Assembly: GCA_023399635.1 (NCBI GenBank)
Contig: JAEWOP010000250.1
Location: 2,874 to 66,873, forward strand
DNA length: 64,000 nucleotides
Source of the DNA: Pseudomonadota bacterium
Lineage (GTDB): Bacteria; Pseudomonadota; Alphaproteobacteria; Rhizobiales; Rhizobiaceae
Direction of reading: 5' to 3'
The position numbers and the translations under genes were made by a program. The notes under the pieces were generated by a model. The model was not told where the DNA came from and searched no databases. It saw only the letters and a list, made by a program, of their open reading frames with translations. The stretch's first letter is position 1. Each line of letters opens with the position of its first letter. Of this stretch, positions 11,521-21,940 are shown piece by piece.

Positions 11521-12081
11521 ATGCGCATCGTCGGAGGTGAATTGCGCGGCCGCACACTGGCCGCTCCGAAGTCGAACGACATCCGGCCGACCATCGACCG
11601 AACCCGCGAAAGCCTGTTCAACATTATCGGCCACGTCTACCCCGAGGCTCTGCAGCAAACGCGGGTGATTGATCTATTCGCCGGCACCGGCGCCCTCGGG
11701 TTCGAGGCGCTGTCACGCGGCTGCAAGTCGGCGCTGTTTGTCGAAAACGGCGTCGAGGGCAGGGGCTTGCTCTGGGAAAACATTGAGGCGCTCGCTCTGC
11801 ATGGACGTGCGCGGATCCTGAGGCGGGATGCCACCAAGCTGGGGCCTGTTGGTACAATCGAGCCTTTTCAGCTGCTGTTTGCCGATCCACCGTATGGTGC
11901 AGGCCTCGGCGAGGCGGCTCTGCTGGCGGCGCATGCTGGTGGCTGGCTAGAACCGGGAGCGCTCGCCATTCTCGAGGAACGCGCCGATGTCTCGCCCCAG
12001 TTGGATCCAGTCTTCAAGCTGATCGAACAGCGTGTCTTTGGCGATACGCGCATGCATTTCCTTCGTTATCAGCCGGCTTGA
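11521..12081 (+). CDS. rsmD: 16S rRNA m2G966 methyltransferase
   Basis: MRIVGG..RGR, RPT, DLFAGTGALG.EALSRG and DPPY motifs. Confidence 0.95.
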   Translation: MRIVGGELRGRTLAAPKSNDIRPTIDRTRESLFNIIGHVYPEALQQTRVIDLFAGTGALGFEALSRGCKSALFVENGVEGRGLLWENIEALALHGRARILRRDATKLGPVGTIEPFQLLFADPPYGAGLGEAALLAAHAGGWLEPGALAILEERADVSPQLDPVFKLIEQRVFGDTRMHFLRYQPA

Positions 12082-12104
12082 ACGGGATGAATACCAGGCT
12101 CGCG

Positions 12105-12965
12105 ATGCCCGATGACGACACAATCAAAGGCAAGAGCGACCTCACATTTGCCGTCGCTTTTGGTGGCGGCGGCGCGCGCGGCATCTCGCATATCTGCGTC
12201 ATCGAGGCCCTGAATGAGCTTGGCATCCGCCCAGTCGCAATCGCAGGGTCGTCGATTGGCGCTATCATGGGCGCAGCCATGGCGGCCGGCATGTCTGGTC
12301 GTGAGATCCATGACTACACAGTGGAAACGGTTGGCCCGCGGGGAACGCTCACCAACAAGCTCCTGAGCCTTGGTCCCGCGTCCATGCGTGACACGCTCGG
12401 AGGCTTCCGGTTTGGCCAGTTCAACCTTGAGCTGGTCCTGAAGGCCTTACTGCCCCCGCCAATCCCGGAAGACTTCGACAGCCTTCAGATTCCGCTCAAG
12501 GTCATGGCGACTGATTACTATGGTCAGGCGGAGGTCGTATTGGAGTCGGGAAATCTCGCCACAGCCATTGCCGCCTCTGCCGCTCTACCGGGCATTTTCA
12601 TGCCCGTCCGCATCAATGGTCGTATCATGATCGATGGCGGCGTTTTCAACCCGATCCCTTACGATCACCTGATGGATCTTGCGGATATCGTCATTGGCGT
12701 TGATGTCATCGGCGCGCCGGAAGGCGATGGGTCTCAGGCACCGACCCGCATCGACAGCATGTTCGGGGCAAGTCAGCTGATGATGCAGTCGGCAATCGCG
12801 CTGAAGCTCAAGCTGCAGCCACCGCACATCTTTCTGCGCCCACCGGTTAACCGGTACCGCGTGCTCGACTTCCGCAAGGCCGAGGAGATCCTGCAGCACT
12901 CCGCGAGCGTGAAAGATGACCTGAAGCGCGCCGTCGATGCCATTTACCTGGCGGCAGAAGGCTAG
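12105..12965 (+). CDS. Patatin-like phospholipase
   Basis: GGGGARG, GSSIG and DGG motifs; start uncertain (12078, 12087 or 12105). Confidence 0.9.
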   Translation: MPDDDTIKGKSDLTFAVAFGGGGARGISHICVIEALNELGIRPVAIAGSSIGAIMGAAMAAGMSGREIHDYTVETVGPRGTLTNKLLSLGPASMRDTLGGFRFGQFNLELVLKALLPPPIPEDFDSLQIPLKVMATDYYGQAEVVLESGNLATAIAASAALPGIFMPVRINGRIMIDGGVFNPIPYDHLMDLADIVIGVDVIGAPEGDGSQAPTRIDSMFGASQLMMQSAIALKLKLQPPHIFLRPPVNRYRVLDFRKAEEILQHSASVKDDLKRAVDAIYLAAEG

Positions 12966-13649
12966 CCTGCGGCTTCCTCGGCTGCTGGGCTTTCCGGATC
13001 GGGCACCGGCGCATGTTTCGGCTTCGTCAGCGGCTCCGGCTTCACCGGACGGTTGTGCAGCATGTGCCGACCTGCCGTCAGTCCGTCCGCTGCTTGGATC
13101 AGCAGGCGCTCCTCGTCACGCTTGCGGATATCCTCTCCGATGGCTTCTGCCTCGGCGCCGCTGATGCCCAACGCCTCCAGCGCCTTGCGCCCGAAGAGGA
13201 GCCCGGACTCCAGGGTCTCACGCAGTTCATAGTCCACGCCACGCGCGCGCAGCGAGATGGTGTGGATCCGGTCATAGGACCGGACGAACAGACGGACATT
13301 CGGAAACTCGGACCGGATGAGATCGACGATCTTGTCGGTGACCTCCCGCTTCTGCGTCAAGACAGCCACGATCTTTGCCTTCTCGATTCCGGATGCCAGA
13401 AGCACTTCCTTTCGCGTGCCGTCACCGAAATAGATGCGGAAGCCAAATGATGCTGCCTGCCGCACGCGATCGGCGGAATCGTCGATGACGGTCACGTCCC
13501 GGCCGCCGGCCAGAAGGATCTGAGCTGCAATCTGCCCGAAGCGGGAAAAGCCGACCATCAGCACATCGGCTCCGGCTCCTTCGAAAGTCTCGTCCAGTTC
13601 CTCGAACGAGCAGCACGAGCATTTGGGTGAAGAGAGCCCCTGGTTCCAT
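12962..13649 (-). pseudogene. kefB: KefB/KefC-type CPA2 potassium antiporter with an internal deletion; only the first 14 codons and the RCK/KTN domain remain
   Basis: ATG at 13649 gives MEPGALFTQMLVLL, resembling the start of TM1. The sequence then passes out of frame at about 13607 into EELDETFEGAGADVLMVGFSRFGQ...YFGDGTR...VRSYDRIH...RETLESGL, a KTN/RCK domain with Kef C-terminus. No transmembrane domain is present. Confidence 0.8.
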
Positions 13650-13753
13650 CGTGAAAATGACCTTGCCCGTGCCGGGTTGTCGGAAGAATCGCTGCCTGAG
13701 CCTTGATGCCTTACTAGCTGCACAATAAATGGAGCCGCAACGAAAGGTACACA

Positions 13754-15100
13754 ATGTCCTCCGCAATCGATTCCGAAACTCTGTTGTCGCGCGCTGCGCA
13801 GTTGATCGATCTCGCCAAAGCGGCTGGAGCCGATCAGGCCGACGTTGTTGTCGTCCGCTCGCGCTCGCGCTCGGTCACCGTGCGTCTGGGCAAGGTAGAA
13901 GGAACGGAGGCCTCCGAAAGCGATGACTTCTCCTTGCGCGTCTTTGTCGGCAATAGGGTCGCCAGCGTCTCGGCCAATCCCGGCTTCGACATGAAGACAT
14001 TGGCAGATCGCGCCGTTGCGATGGCGAAGGTTTCGCCGGAAGATCCTTACGTGCGCCTCGCCAACGAGAAGAACCTCGCTCGCGTCTACCCGGACCTCGA
14101 TCTGTTTGATGCGGCTGACGTACCCACGGATGACCTTCGCGAGGCGGCGCTGGAGATGGAGCAGGCGGCACTTGATGTGGACGGCGTCAGCAATTCCTCA
14201 GGAGCCGGCGCATCGGCGGGGATGGGTGGGCTGGTGCTTGTGACCTCCCACGGCTTTTCCGGAAGCTATATGGCAACCCGTTTCGGTCGCTCGGTCAGCG
14301 TAATTGCTGGCGAAGGCACCAAAATGGAGCGCGACTACGACTTCGACAGCCGCCTCTTTTTTGCCGATCTAGATGATCCCAAGGTAATCGGCAGACGTGC
14401 CGGTGAGCGGGTCGTGAAGCGGCTTGAACCTCGCCAGATGCCGACCGCCAAGGACCTCACCGTAGTGTTCGATCCGCGTATTGCCCGCGGCTTTGTTGGC
14501 CATATCGCCGGCGCCATCAACGGCGGCGCGGTTGCGCGCAAGACGAGCTTCCTGAAGGACAAGATGGACCAGCAGGTGCTGAAGCCGGGCCTCAGCATTA
14601 CAGATGACCCGTTGATCGTGCGCGGCTCCTCCTCCCGGCCGTTCGATGGCGAAGGCATTTCCGGCGAACGGCTCGTGATGATCGAAGATGGCGTGCTGAA
14701 GCACTGGTTCCTTTCCACGTCTACCGGGCGGGAGCTTGGATTGGAAACGAATGGTCGCGGCGTGCGCGGCGGCACGTCTGTTGGTGCCGCCCCCACCAAC
14801 CTTGCTTTGGAACCGGGAGACATGTCGCCAGAGGAGCTGATTGCCAGCGTTGGCACCGGATTCTACGTGACGGAACTGATCGGCCAGGGGGTCAATATGG
14901 TCACGGGAGAATACAGCCGTGGCGCCACGGGCTTCTGGATCGAAAACGGAAAGCTTGCCTACCCCGTTTCGGAGGTGACGATCGCATCCAACCTCAAAGA
15001 CATGTTCATGCGGCTCACGCCTGCAAACGACATTGACCGCAAGTTCGGTATTGCCTCACCGACGATCGCTATCGAGGGCATGACCCTGGCGGGGCGGTAA
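13754..15100 (+). CDS. pmbA: TldD/PmbA family protein
   Basis: SRPFDGEG, GQGVNMVTGEYSRGATGFWIENG and EVTIASNL motifs. Confidence 0.93.
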   Translation: MSSAIDSETLLSRAAQLIDLAKAAGADQADVVVVRSRSRSVTVRLGKVEGTEASESDDFSLRVFVGNRVASVSANPGFDMKTLADRAVAMAKVSPEDPYVRLANEKNLARVYPDLDLFDAADVPTDDLREAALEMEQAALDVDGVSNSSGAGASAGMGGLVLVTSHGFSGSYMATRFGRSVSVIAGEGTKMERDYDFDSRLFFADLDDPKVIGRRAGERVVKRLEPRQMPTAKDLTVVFDPRIARGFVGHIAGAINGGAVARKTSFLKDKMDQQVLKPGLSITDDPLIVRGSSSRPFDGEGISGERLVMIEDGVLKHWFLSTSTGRELGLETNGRGVRGGTSVGAAPTNLALEPGDMSPEELIASVGTGFYVTELIGQGVNMVTGEYSRGATGFWIENGKLAYPVSEVTIASNLKDMFMRLTPANDIDRKFGIASPTIAIEGMTLAGR

Positions 15101-15104
15101 GCTC

Positions 15105-15911
15105 ATGGATGCTCGTCTTGATCGCTGGCATGAGGATCTGGCGCTGATCAAGCAGGCTGCATTGGAAGCCGGGCAGGTGGCATTGGCCTATTTCGGCCAG
15201 GAGCCGGAGGTCTGGTGGAAGAACGAAGGCCGCTCGCCCGTCAGTGCGGCCGATTTCGCTGCCAATGACAAGCTGCAGGGGATGTTGATGGCCGCAAGAC
15301 CAGACTACGGCTGGCTGTCAGAAGAAACCGATGATGACGCGGCAAGGCTCAGCAAGGAAACCCTTTTCGTCGTCGATCCGATCGATGGCACGCGTGCCTT
15401 CATAGCAGGGCAGAAGACATGGTGCGTTTCCGTGGCAGTGGTTCATCGCGGACGTCCGGTTGCCGGCGTTCTCGTGGCGCCGGCGCTGGGCGAGGAGTTT
15501 TCTGCCGAGATCAGTGGCCCGGCCATCAAGAACGGCCATGCCATCGAGGTGGCGAAACCCTTGGAGTCGGAGCCGCTGAAGCTCGCTGTGGCAGAGGATG
15601 TATTGAAGTTGGTTCAGCCGGAGCACCGAAACTCGGTTCATCGTATCCGCCACGTTCCCTCCCTCGCATACCGGCTCGCGATGACGGCCGACGGAACGAT
15701 CGACGGTACCATCGTCAAGCGCAATTCCCATGATTGGGATCTGGCGGCTGCCGACCTTATTCTTGAGCGCGCCGGCGGTCGTCTCGTGGATGCATCGGGG
15801 GAGCTGCTGATCTACAATCGCGAGAGCGTCAAGCACGGCGTTCTGCGCGCTGGTGCCGGGCATGCTCTGGACAAGCTGCGGATGTTCATGCCAGACGATC
15901 CAACGGGTTGA
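15105..15911 (+). CDS. cysQ: Inositol monophosphatase family / CysQ-like nucleotidase
   Basis: LSEE, VDPIDGT and WDLAAA motifs. Confidence 0.85.
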   Translation: MDARLDRWHEDLALIKQAALEAGQVALAYFGQEPEVWWKNEGRSPVSAADFAANDKLQGMLMAARPDYGWLSEETDDDAARLSKETLFVVDPIDGTRAFIAGQKTWCVSVAVVHRGRPVAGVLVAPALGEEFSAEISGPAIKNGHAIEVAKPLESEPLKLAVAEDVLKLVQPEHRNSVHRIRHVPSLAYRLAMTADGTIDGTIVKRNSHDWDLAAADLILERAGGRLVDASGELLIYNRESVKHGVLRAGAGHALDKLRMFMPDDPTG

Positions 15912-15967
15912 CCTTGTGGCTATGTGCAGCAAGCAGGCCTCTGGGGGGACTACTTAAGGGGTGAAAG

Positions 15968-16210
15968 ATGACGGAAACAAGTGAAAAGAAGCAACTTCTC
16001 CATCTGGTGATCGGTGGTGAACTTTCGAGCCTGAGCGGCGTGCAGTTCAAGGATCTGTCGAAGGTCGATATCGTCGGGATCTATCCGGATTATGCGAGCG
16101 CTTTGACAGTCTGGCGCTCCAAGGCACAGCAGACGGTCGACAACGCCCAGATGCGCTATTTTATTGTCCACCTGCACAAGCTGCTCGATCCAGAGCTTCG
16201 GGGCGAATAA
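15968..16210 (+). CDS. DUF4170-like small conserved protein
   Basis: QLLHLVIGGEL...W..KAQQTVDNAQMRYFIVHLH, a conserved alphaproteobacterial protein recalled from this context. Confidence 0.8.
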   Translation: MTETSEKKQLLHLVIGGELSSLSGVQFKDLSKVDIVGIYPDYASALTVWRSKAQQTVDNAQMRYFIVHLHKLLDPELRGE

Positions 16211-16374
16211 CACGATGATGGGGATAAGCTACGGTTGCCGCTTGGCGACCGTACACCTTATGTCGCATCGTGCCGGAACCCGATTTTGACGCAATCGAAT
16301 ACTAGATCTTTTCCGACGGCATCCGGAGGATATTCCAGCTTGGCGCAGGCGCCCACCCATCGAAGACATTTGCC

Positions 16375-17694
16375 ATGAAAAAGGGTTTGGCGCGTGTGGC
16401 CCTGACCGGATACCGGCTGGCTGGGATTGTCTTGTACCCGCTGGCCTCTCCCTATATCGCCTACCGCGCCTATAAGGGCAAGGAAGACCGCCAGCGCCGC
16501 AACGAGCGCTTCGGTTATGCAAGCCAGCCACGGCCACGGGGACCGCTGGTGTGGCTCCACTCGGCAAGCGTCGGCGAAACTCTGGCGCTGATCCCGTTGA
16601 TGCGCGAATTGTGCCGCCGGGAAATCCACGTGCTCCTGACCACCGGCACAGTAACCTCCGCGGAGCTGGTGCGGACACGTCTGGGCGATCAGGTGATACA
16701 CCAGTACGTCCCTATCGATCTTAAATTCCCGGTGAAACGCTTCCTCCGCTACTGGCGACCGGATGCATGCATCACTGCAGAATCGGAGATTTGGCCGACG
16801 ACGGTATTGGAACTGGCCCGGCGCAAGATCCCGCAAATCCGCGTCAATGCCCGTATCTCCGACAGGTCCTTCGAACGGTGGCAGCGCCACGACCGCGTTG
16901 CCGAAGCGTTGTTCGGACAGATGTCCCTCGTCGTTGCGCAAAGCGATGTCGATGCCGAACGCTTCAGGGATCTGGGCGCGTGGCCCGTGCTCGTTTCCGG
17001 CAACCTGAAAGGCGACACGGATCCACCACCCTGCGATATCTCCCTTGTCGAACGTTACCGGCAACAGATTGGGGATCGCAAGACATGGGCAGCGATCTCC
17101 ACCTTCGAGGGCGAGGAGAAGGCGGCGGCAAAGATCCACAAGGCTCTCAAGGCAAGGAACGGCCAGCTCACCATTATCGTGCCTCGCCATCCGGAGCGTG
17201 CGGATGAAATCGAGGAGATGCTGGAGGCGCAGGGCCTGGTGGTGGCACGGCGGTCGCGCGACGATATCCTGACAGAGGAGACGGACATTTTCCTTGGCGA
17301 CAGCATGGGGGAGATGGGCCTGTATCTGCGCCTGACGGAGGTCGCCTTTGTTGGACGCTCTTTGACGGGTGAGGGCGGTCAGAACCCGTTGGAGCCGGCA
17401 ATGCTGAGCTGCGCCGTGCTGTCCGGCAGCAAAGTTGATAATTTCCGTGATGCTTACTCCAACCTCGTCCGCAGGGGGGGAGCTCGGTTGGTGCGTGACA
17501 CCGAAATGCTGGCGAAAGCAGTGCACTATCTGTTGAGCAACGAGATAGCCCGCAAGAAGATGATCGAGGCAGGCCAGGAAACGATCCAGGAAATGCGTGG
17601 CGCGCTTTCGGCAACCGTGAAGGCGCTCGAACCTTATCTCAATCCACTCACCGTCAGCGCCCGTCTTCAGCCGAGAAGCATGGCGGCGCAATGA
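16375..17694 (+). CDS. waaA: Kdo transferase
   Basis: WLHSASVGE, ESEIWP, GNLK, IVPRHPER, DSMGEMG and GGQNPLEPA motifs. Confidence 0.97.
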   Translation: MKKGLARVALTGYRLAGIVLYPLASPYIAYRAYKGKEDRQRRNERFGYASQPRPRGPLVWLHSASVGETLALIPLMRELCRREIHVLLTTGTVTSAELVRTRLGDQVIHQYVPIDLKFPVKRFLRYWRPDACITAESEIWPTTVLELARRKIPQIRVNARISDRSFERWQRHDRVAEALFGQMSLVVAQSDVDAERFRDLGAWPVLVSGNLKGDTDPPPCDISLVERYRQQIGDRKTWAAISTFEGEEKAAAKIHKALKARNGQLTIIVPRHPERADEIEEMLEAQGLVVARRSRDDILTEETDIFLGDSMGEMGLYLRLTEVAFVGRSLTGEGGQNPLEPAMLSCAVLSGSKVDNFRDAYSNLVRRGGARLVRDTEMLAKAVHYLLSNEIARKKMIEAGQETIQEMRGALSATVKALEPYLNPLTVSARLQPRSMAAQ

Positions 17695-18419
17695 TGCGCA
17701 CCTCCTTCGGCGAAATCCAGGGCATCCTCTTCGACAAGGACGGCACGCTCATTCTCTATGACGAGAGCTGGGGGCCGGTGAACCGGGAAGCGGCGCGGAT
17801 CGCGGCTGCCGGTCAGGAGCATATTGAGCTGCGCCTGCTTGACGCTGCTGGCATGGATCCGGTTTCCGGCCATACGCGTGCCGATAGCCTCCTGGCCGCT
17901 GGCAACGCCGCCGAGATCGCTGCCGGCTTTGTCGCAGCCGGCTCTCCGCTTCCGGTGGCGGAACTGACGGTGCTGCTTGATGCGCTCTTCGTGCAGGCCA
18001 CTGAATATGCCGTGCCTGTGACGGATCTGCGGATACTGTTCTCGCGGCTGAAGGCACGCGGCCTGAAGCTTGGCATCGCGTCAAGCGACAACGAACGCTC
18101 AATCCGCTCCACGGTGCACCGTTTTGGGATCGATAGCCATGTCGATTTCATTGCCGGATACGATAGCGGTTATGGTGGGAAACCAGAGCCCGGCATGGTG
18201 CTTGGGTTCTGCGAGGCAACAGGGCTTGAGCCTAGCTGCGTCGCCGTAGTCGGAGACAACAACCACGACCTGATCATGGCGGCAAACGCGGGCGCTGGGC
18301 TGAAGATTGGCGTGTTGACCGGCACGGGCACCCGCCAGACGCTCGAACCACATGCCGATTTCTGCCTCGACTGTATAGCCTCCATCGAGGCGCTCCTCCT
18401 GGAGCAGACTGGCGCCTGA
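17691..18419 (+). CDS. HAD family hydrolase
   Basis: FDKDGTL, KPEPG and VGDNNHD motifs. Confidence 0.9.
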   Translation: MMRTSFGEIQGILFDKDGTLILYDESWGPVNREAARIAAAGQEHIELRLLDAAGMDPVSGHTRADSLLAAGNAAEIAAGFVAAGSPLPVAELTVLLDALFVQATEYAVPVTDLRILFSRLKARGLKLGIASSDNERSIRSTVHRFGIDSHVDFIAGYDSGYGGKPEPGMVLGFCEATGLEPSCVAVVGDNNHDLIMAANAGAGLKIGVLTGTGTRQTLEPHADFCLDCIASIEALLLEQTGA

Positions 18420-18506
18420 AGCGCTCCGCTGACCATCACCCTTGCCTTTTTCAGAAAACTCCCTTTTGGTGCCCGCCTGTTTGGCGTGACTTGGAGAAGC
18501 TCATCA

Positions 18507-19541
18507 ATGGTGTCGGAAGCGCCTCCCTTCTGGTGGACGAAGGCCGATTGGCGTGCCTGGAGCCTCTCGCCCCTCTCGTTTGTGTATGGCAAGGTTTCGG
18601 GTAAACGCCTCGCCGAGGGCAGGCGGGCTCGTGTTTCAGCGCCGGTCATCTGTGTCGGCAACTTCACCGTGGGCGGAGCCGGAAAAACGCCAACGGCAAT
18701 CGCTCTTGCTCGCGCTGCCAAGGAACGCGGGCTCAAACCCGGAATTCTCAGCCGCGGCTACGGCGGATCGCTGGACGTCACGACACTTGTTGATCCTCAC
18801 CATCATCGTGCTGGTGCTGTGGGTGACGAGGCCCTGCTCCTGGCGCGGGAGGCGACCACCGTCATTTCTCGCCGCCGCGTCGAAGGCGCAGGGAGGCTGG
18901 TGAGCGAAGGAGCTGACCTGATCATCATGGACGATGGCTTCCAGAGCGCGCAGATCGCAATCGATTTCGCCCTGATCGTCATTGATAGCGTCCGCGGGAT
19001 CGGAAACGGGCATCTGGTGCCCGGAGGACCGGTTCGGGCGCCGATCGCGGAGCAGATGCGTCACCTGTCGGCCATCCTCAAGGTTGGCAACGGTGATGCC
19101 GCGGACGCCTTGGTGCGGCAGGCGGCTAGGGCAGGCAAGCCCTTCTATGTCGCCTCATTGATACCGCGGGCGGCGCCGGATCTGGCGGGTCGGGCTGTGC
19201 TGGCGTTTGCTGGTATTGCCGACCCGGCGAAATTCTATCGGACGGTTGAGGCGCTGGGTGCAGACCTTGTCGAGCGCCGCTCCTTCCCGGATCATCATTA
19301 CTTCGCAGAAGACGAAGTCGCGGAGCTGCTTGCGGACGCCGAGGGCCGCGGTCTCCTTCCGGTCACGACGGCAAAGGATGCCGCGCGATTGGTTGGCGGC
19401 CATGGGAAGGCGGAGGCGCTTCTTCAGAAGCTTCGGGTCGTCGAGGTCGACATGACCTTTGACAATCCCCATGCTCCAAGTCAGATCATCGAGCTTGCGA
19501 TGGCGACCTACCGCAGGAGGCGGCTCCAGGAGAGCAGGTAG
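18507..19541 (+). CDS. lpxK: Tetraacyldisaccharide 4'-kinase
   Basis: [27 protein letters not shown] and FPDHH motifs. Confidence 0.97.
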   Translation: MVSEAPPFWWTKADWRAWSLSPLSFVYGKVSGKRLAEGRRARVSAPVICVGNFTVGGAGKTPTAIALARAAKERGLKPGILSRGYGGSLDVTTLVDPHHHRAGAVGDEALLLAREATTVISRRRVEGAGRLVSEGADLIIMDDGFQSAQIAIDFALIVIDSVRGIGNGHLVPGGPVRAPIAEQMRHLSAILKVGNGDAADALVRQAARAGKPFYVASLIPRAAPDLAGRAVLAFAGIADPAKFYRTVEALGADLVERRSFPDHHYFAEDEVAELLADAEGRGLLPVTTAKDAARLVGGHGKAEALLQKLRVVEVDMTFDNPHAPSQIIELAMATYRRRRLQESR

Positions 19542-19561
19542 CCGTGCAAGGAGCGATTCCG

Positions 19562-19795
19562 TCAGCCGCGGGTCTGTGTCGGCAGGATACCCGCCCGCTT
19601 GTCCGCTTCTAGCGAGGCTGCTGCGTCAACATAGGCTTCCTGTCGCGCAACGCTCCAATAGCGGAGCTCATCCAAGGGAATGGTGGCGCCGGTGACGGCG
19701 CAGACGACATGGGAGCCAGCCGATAGCATCTGGTAATCGCCATCGAGATACCGGATCCTCGCTTCTCGGCTGCCGCTTCCCTCGAACCGGTTCAT
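19562..19795 (-). CDS. DUF2093-like small protein
   Basis: MNRFEG...CAVTGATIPLDELRYWSVARQEAY. Confidence 0.85.
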   Translation of the reverse strand: MNRFEGSGSREARIRYLDGDYQMLSAGSHVVCAVTGATIPLDELRYWSVARQEAYVDAAASLEADKRAGILPTQTRG

Positions 19796-19882
19796 CTGTC
19801 GTCTCCTGCAAAATTCATGCACCGGCCTTTACAGCGAGCGCCGCGTCAGCGCCAGCCTTCTGTGGCAGCGATTCTCGGTCCG

Positions 19883-21679
19883 TCAACTGCGGCCAAATAG
19901 CCGCTCGATGTCGGACAGCTTGAGTTCGATATAGGTCGGGCGGCCATGGTTGCATTGGCCAGATCCCGGCGTGACTTCCATCTGCCGCAAAAGTGCATTC
20001 ATTTCCTCTGGCCGAAGTCGCCGGCCTGACCGGACCGAGCCATGGCAGGCCATGGTGGCGGCAACATGTTCAAGCTTGGCCCGCAACCCGCCAGCGGTGC
20101 TCCACTCGGCAACTTCGTCGGCAAGGTCGCGGACGAGGCCTGTCGCATCAATCTCCCCCAGCATTGCGGGTGTCTCGCGAACCGCAATGGCGCCAGGGCC
20201 GAAGCGCTCGATCGCAAGACCGAACCTGTCAAGCTCGCCGACATAGGACATCAGCCGGTCGCAATCTTCCTCCGGAAGATCGACGATCTCCGGGATGAGC
20301 AGCGTTTGCGAGGAAAGTCGCCCACTGTCCAGCGCCTTTCGCATGGCCTCGAACACCAGTCGCTCATGCGCCGCATGCTGATCGACAATCACCAGCCCGT
20401 CATTCGTCTGGGCAACGATGTAGTTTTCATGCAGCTGCGCCCTTGCCGCACCAAGGCGGTGCTCCGATGCAATCTCTTGCGCGCCCGTGGTCGTGACATT
20501 TGCAGTCGCCTCGGTGCGCGCAGACGGCGTTGCGAAGTGCTGAAAGCCTGCCTGCCTTTCCTCCCCAAACGAGAAGTCCGTCAGCGGCCGCGAAGTTGAG
20601 TTTTGGGCTCTCCAAGGTGTAGGCGCGGCCGCTGGGCCGTAGCCCGTACGGAAGGCACTGACGAGGCCGCTGCCGCTTGTCGTCGCTGCGCGACTGCCCT
20701 CGCGAGCCAGCGCCTCGCGGATAGCGCCGACGATCAGGCCTCGGACCAAACCTGGATCGCGGAAACGCACATCGGCCTTTGCCGGATGAACGTTCACATC
20801 AACCAGGGAAGGATCCAGTTTGAGGGAGAGCACCGCGACTGGATAGCGGCCGGACGGCACCGTCTCAGCATAAGCGCCGCGAATAGCCGAAAGGATCAGC
20901 TTGTCCTGCACGGGCCGCCCGTTAACGAAGGCATACTGGTGCCCTGAATTGCCGCGATTGAAGGTGGGCACCCCGGCAAAGCCTGTGAGAAACACCTCTT
21001 CGCGGCCCGCGTCGATTTCGATAGCATTGTCCTTGAACTCTCGCCCCAGGATCTGTGCGATGCGCGCAAGCGAATCGTCACCCGTAGAAGGCAGTTCCAG
21101 CGTTGAGCGGTCTGGTCCGCTGAGCACGAAGCGAATGCCGGGGAAGGCGATGGCCATCCGCTTCACCATCTCGGTGATCGCTCCAGCCTCTGCTCGCTCC
21201 GACTTCAGGAACTTGAGACGTGCCGGCGTGGCGAAGAAGATATCCCGCACCTCCACCACCGTCCCTTGATTGGCAGCGGCGGGGCGAACAGGCGACGTGG
21301 CTCCACCGATCACCGATACCTGGAACCCTTGCGGATCGCCGCTCCGGCGGCTGGTGATCGCAAGCTTCGCAACAGAGCCGATGGAGGGGAGCGCCTCGCC
21401 GCGAAATCCGAGGGTGCGAATGTCGTCTAGTGTGCCATCGATCTTGGAGGTGCAATGACGCCGCACCGCAAGTTCCAGGTCTGTGCCGTCCATGCCGCAG
21501 CCATTGTCGGTGATGCGGAGCAGGCTTTTCCCTCCGCCTGCCGTGGCGATTTCGATCCGGGTAGCGCCCGCGTCGATAGCGTTCTCGATCAGCTCCTTGG
21601 CCGCACTGGCAGGGCGCTCGATTACTTCACCGGCGGCGATCTGGTTGATCAGGGTCTCAGGAAGAAGCTTCACAGGCAT
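19883..21679 (-). CDS. mutL: DNA mismatch repair protein MutL
   Basis: [27 protein letters not shown] and CNHGRP motifs. Confidence 0.99.
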   Translation of the reverse strand: MPVKLLPETLINQIAAGEVIERPASAAKELIENAIDAGATRIEIATAGGGKSLLRITDNGCGMDGTDLELAVRRHCTSKIDGTLDDIRTLGFRGEALPSIGSVAKLAITSRRSGDPQGFQVSVIGGATSPVRPAAANQGTVVEVRDIFFATPARLKFLKSERAEAGAITEMVKRMAIAFPGIRFVLSGPDRSTLELPSTGDDSLARIAQILGREFKDNAIEIDAGREEVFLTGFAGVPTFNRGNSGHQYAFVNGRPVQDKLILSAIRGAYAETVPSGRYPVAVLSLKLDPSLVDVNVHPAKADVRFRDPGLVRGLIVGAIREALAREGSRAATTSGSGLVSAFRTGYGPAAAPTPWRAQNSTSRPLTDFSFGEERQAGFQHFATPSARTEATANVTTTGAQEIASEHRLGAARAQLHENYIVAQTNDGLVIVDQHAAHERLVFEAMRKALDSGRLSSQTLLIPEIVDLPEEDCDRLMSYVGELDRFGLAIERFGPGAIAVRETPAMLGEIDATGLVRDLADEVAEWSTAGGLRAKLEHVAATMACHGSVRSGRRLRPEEMNALLRQMEVTPGSGQCNHGRPTYIELKLSDIERLFGRS

Positions 21680-21940
21680 GGACTGATTTTCAAGGATTCT
21701 CTTTGGCTTGGAAAGAGGCGATCGCGGCAGGTGCCCGATGTCTTGGCCTGCTCCACCAGTTCCGGGCTTGGTTAGCGTTGAACGCGGCGTCTGGCGCAGC
21801 CGTCTAGCCCCAGTTCGAACGCGGGCTGATCCGCTAGCTAGGTAACTGAATTGTCTTGATTTTCACCTTTCTCGTGAGAGCTTTTTGTTAATCTTTGTCC
21901 GTCATCTTCATCAAAAGTGTACTGAGTATCGGATTTTTGC

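Noticed and set aside
10174..11658. 494-aa antisense ORF and other alternative frames over rluB
   Set aside because: These are shadow ORFs over a GC-rich low-complexity coding region, with no motifs.
13650..13723. GTG start of the 253-aa ORF as the true start of the kefB-like gene
   Set aside because: Its first 40 or so residues are an out-of-frame reading of the upstream region and of the original N-terminus; the deletion explains them better.
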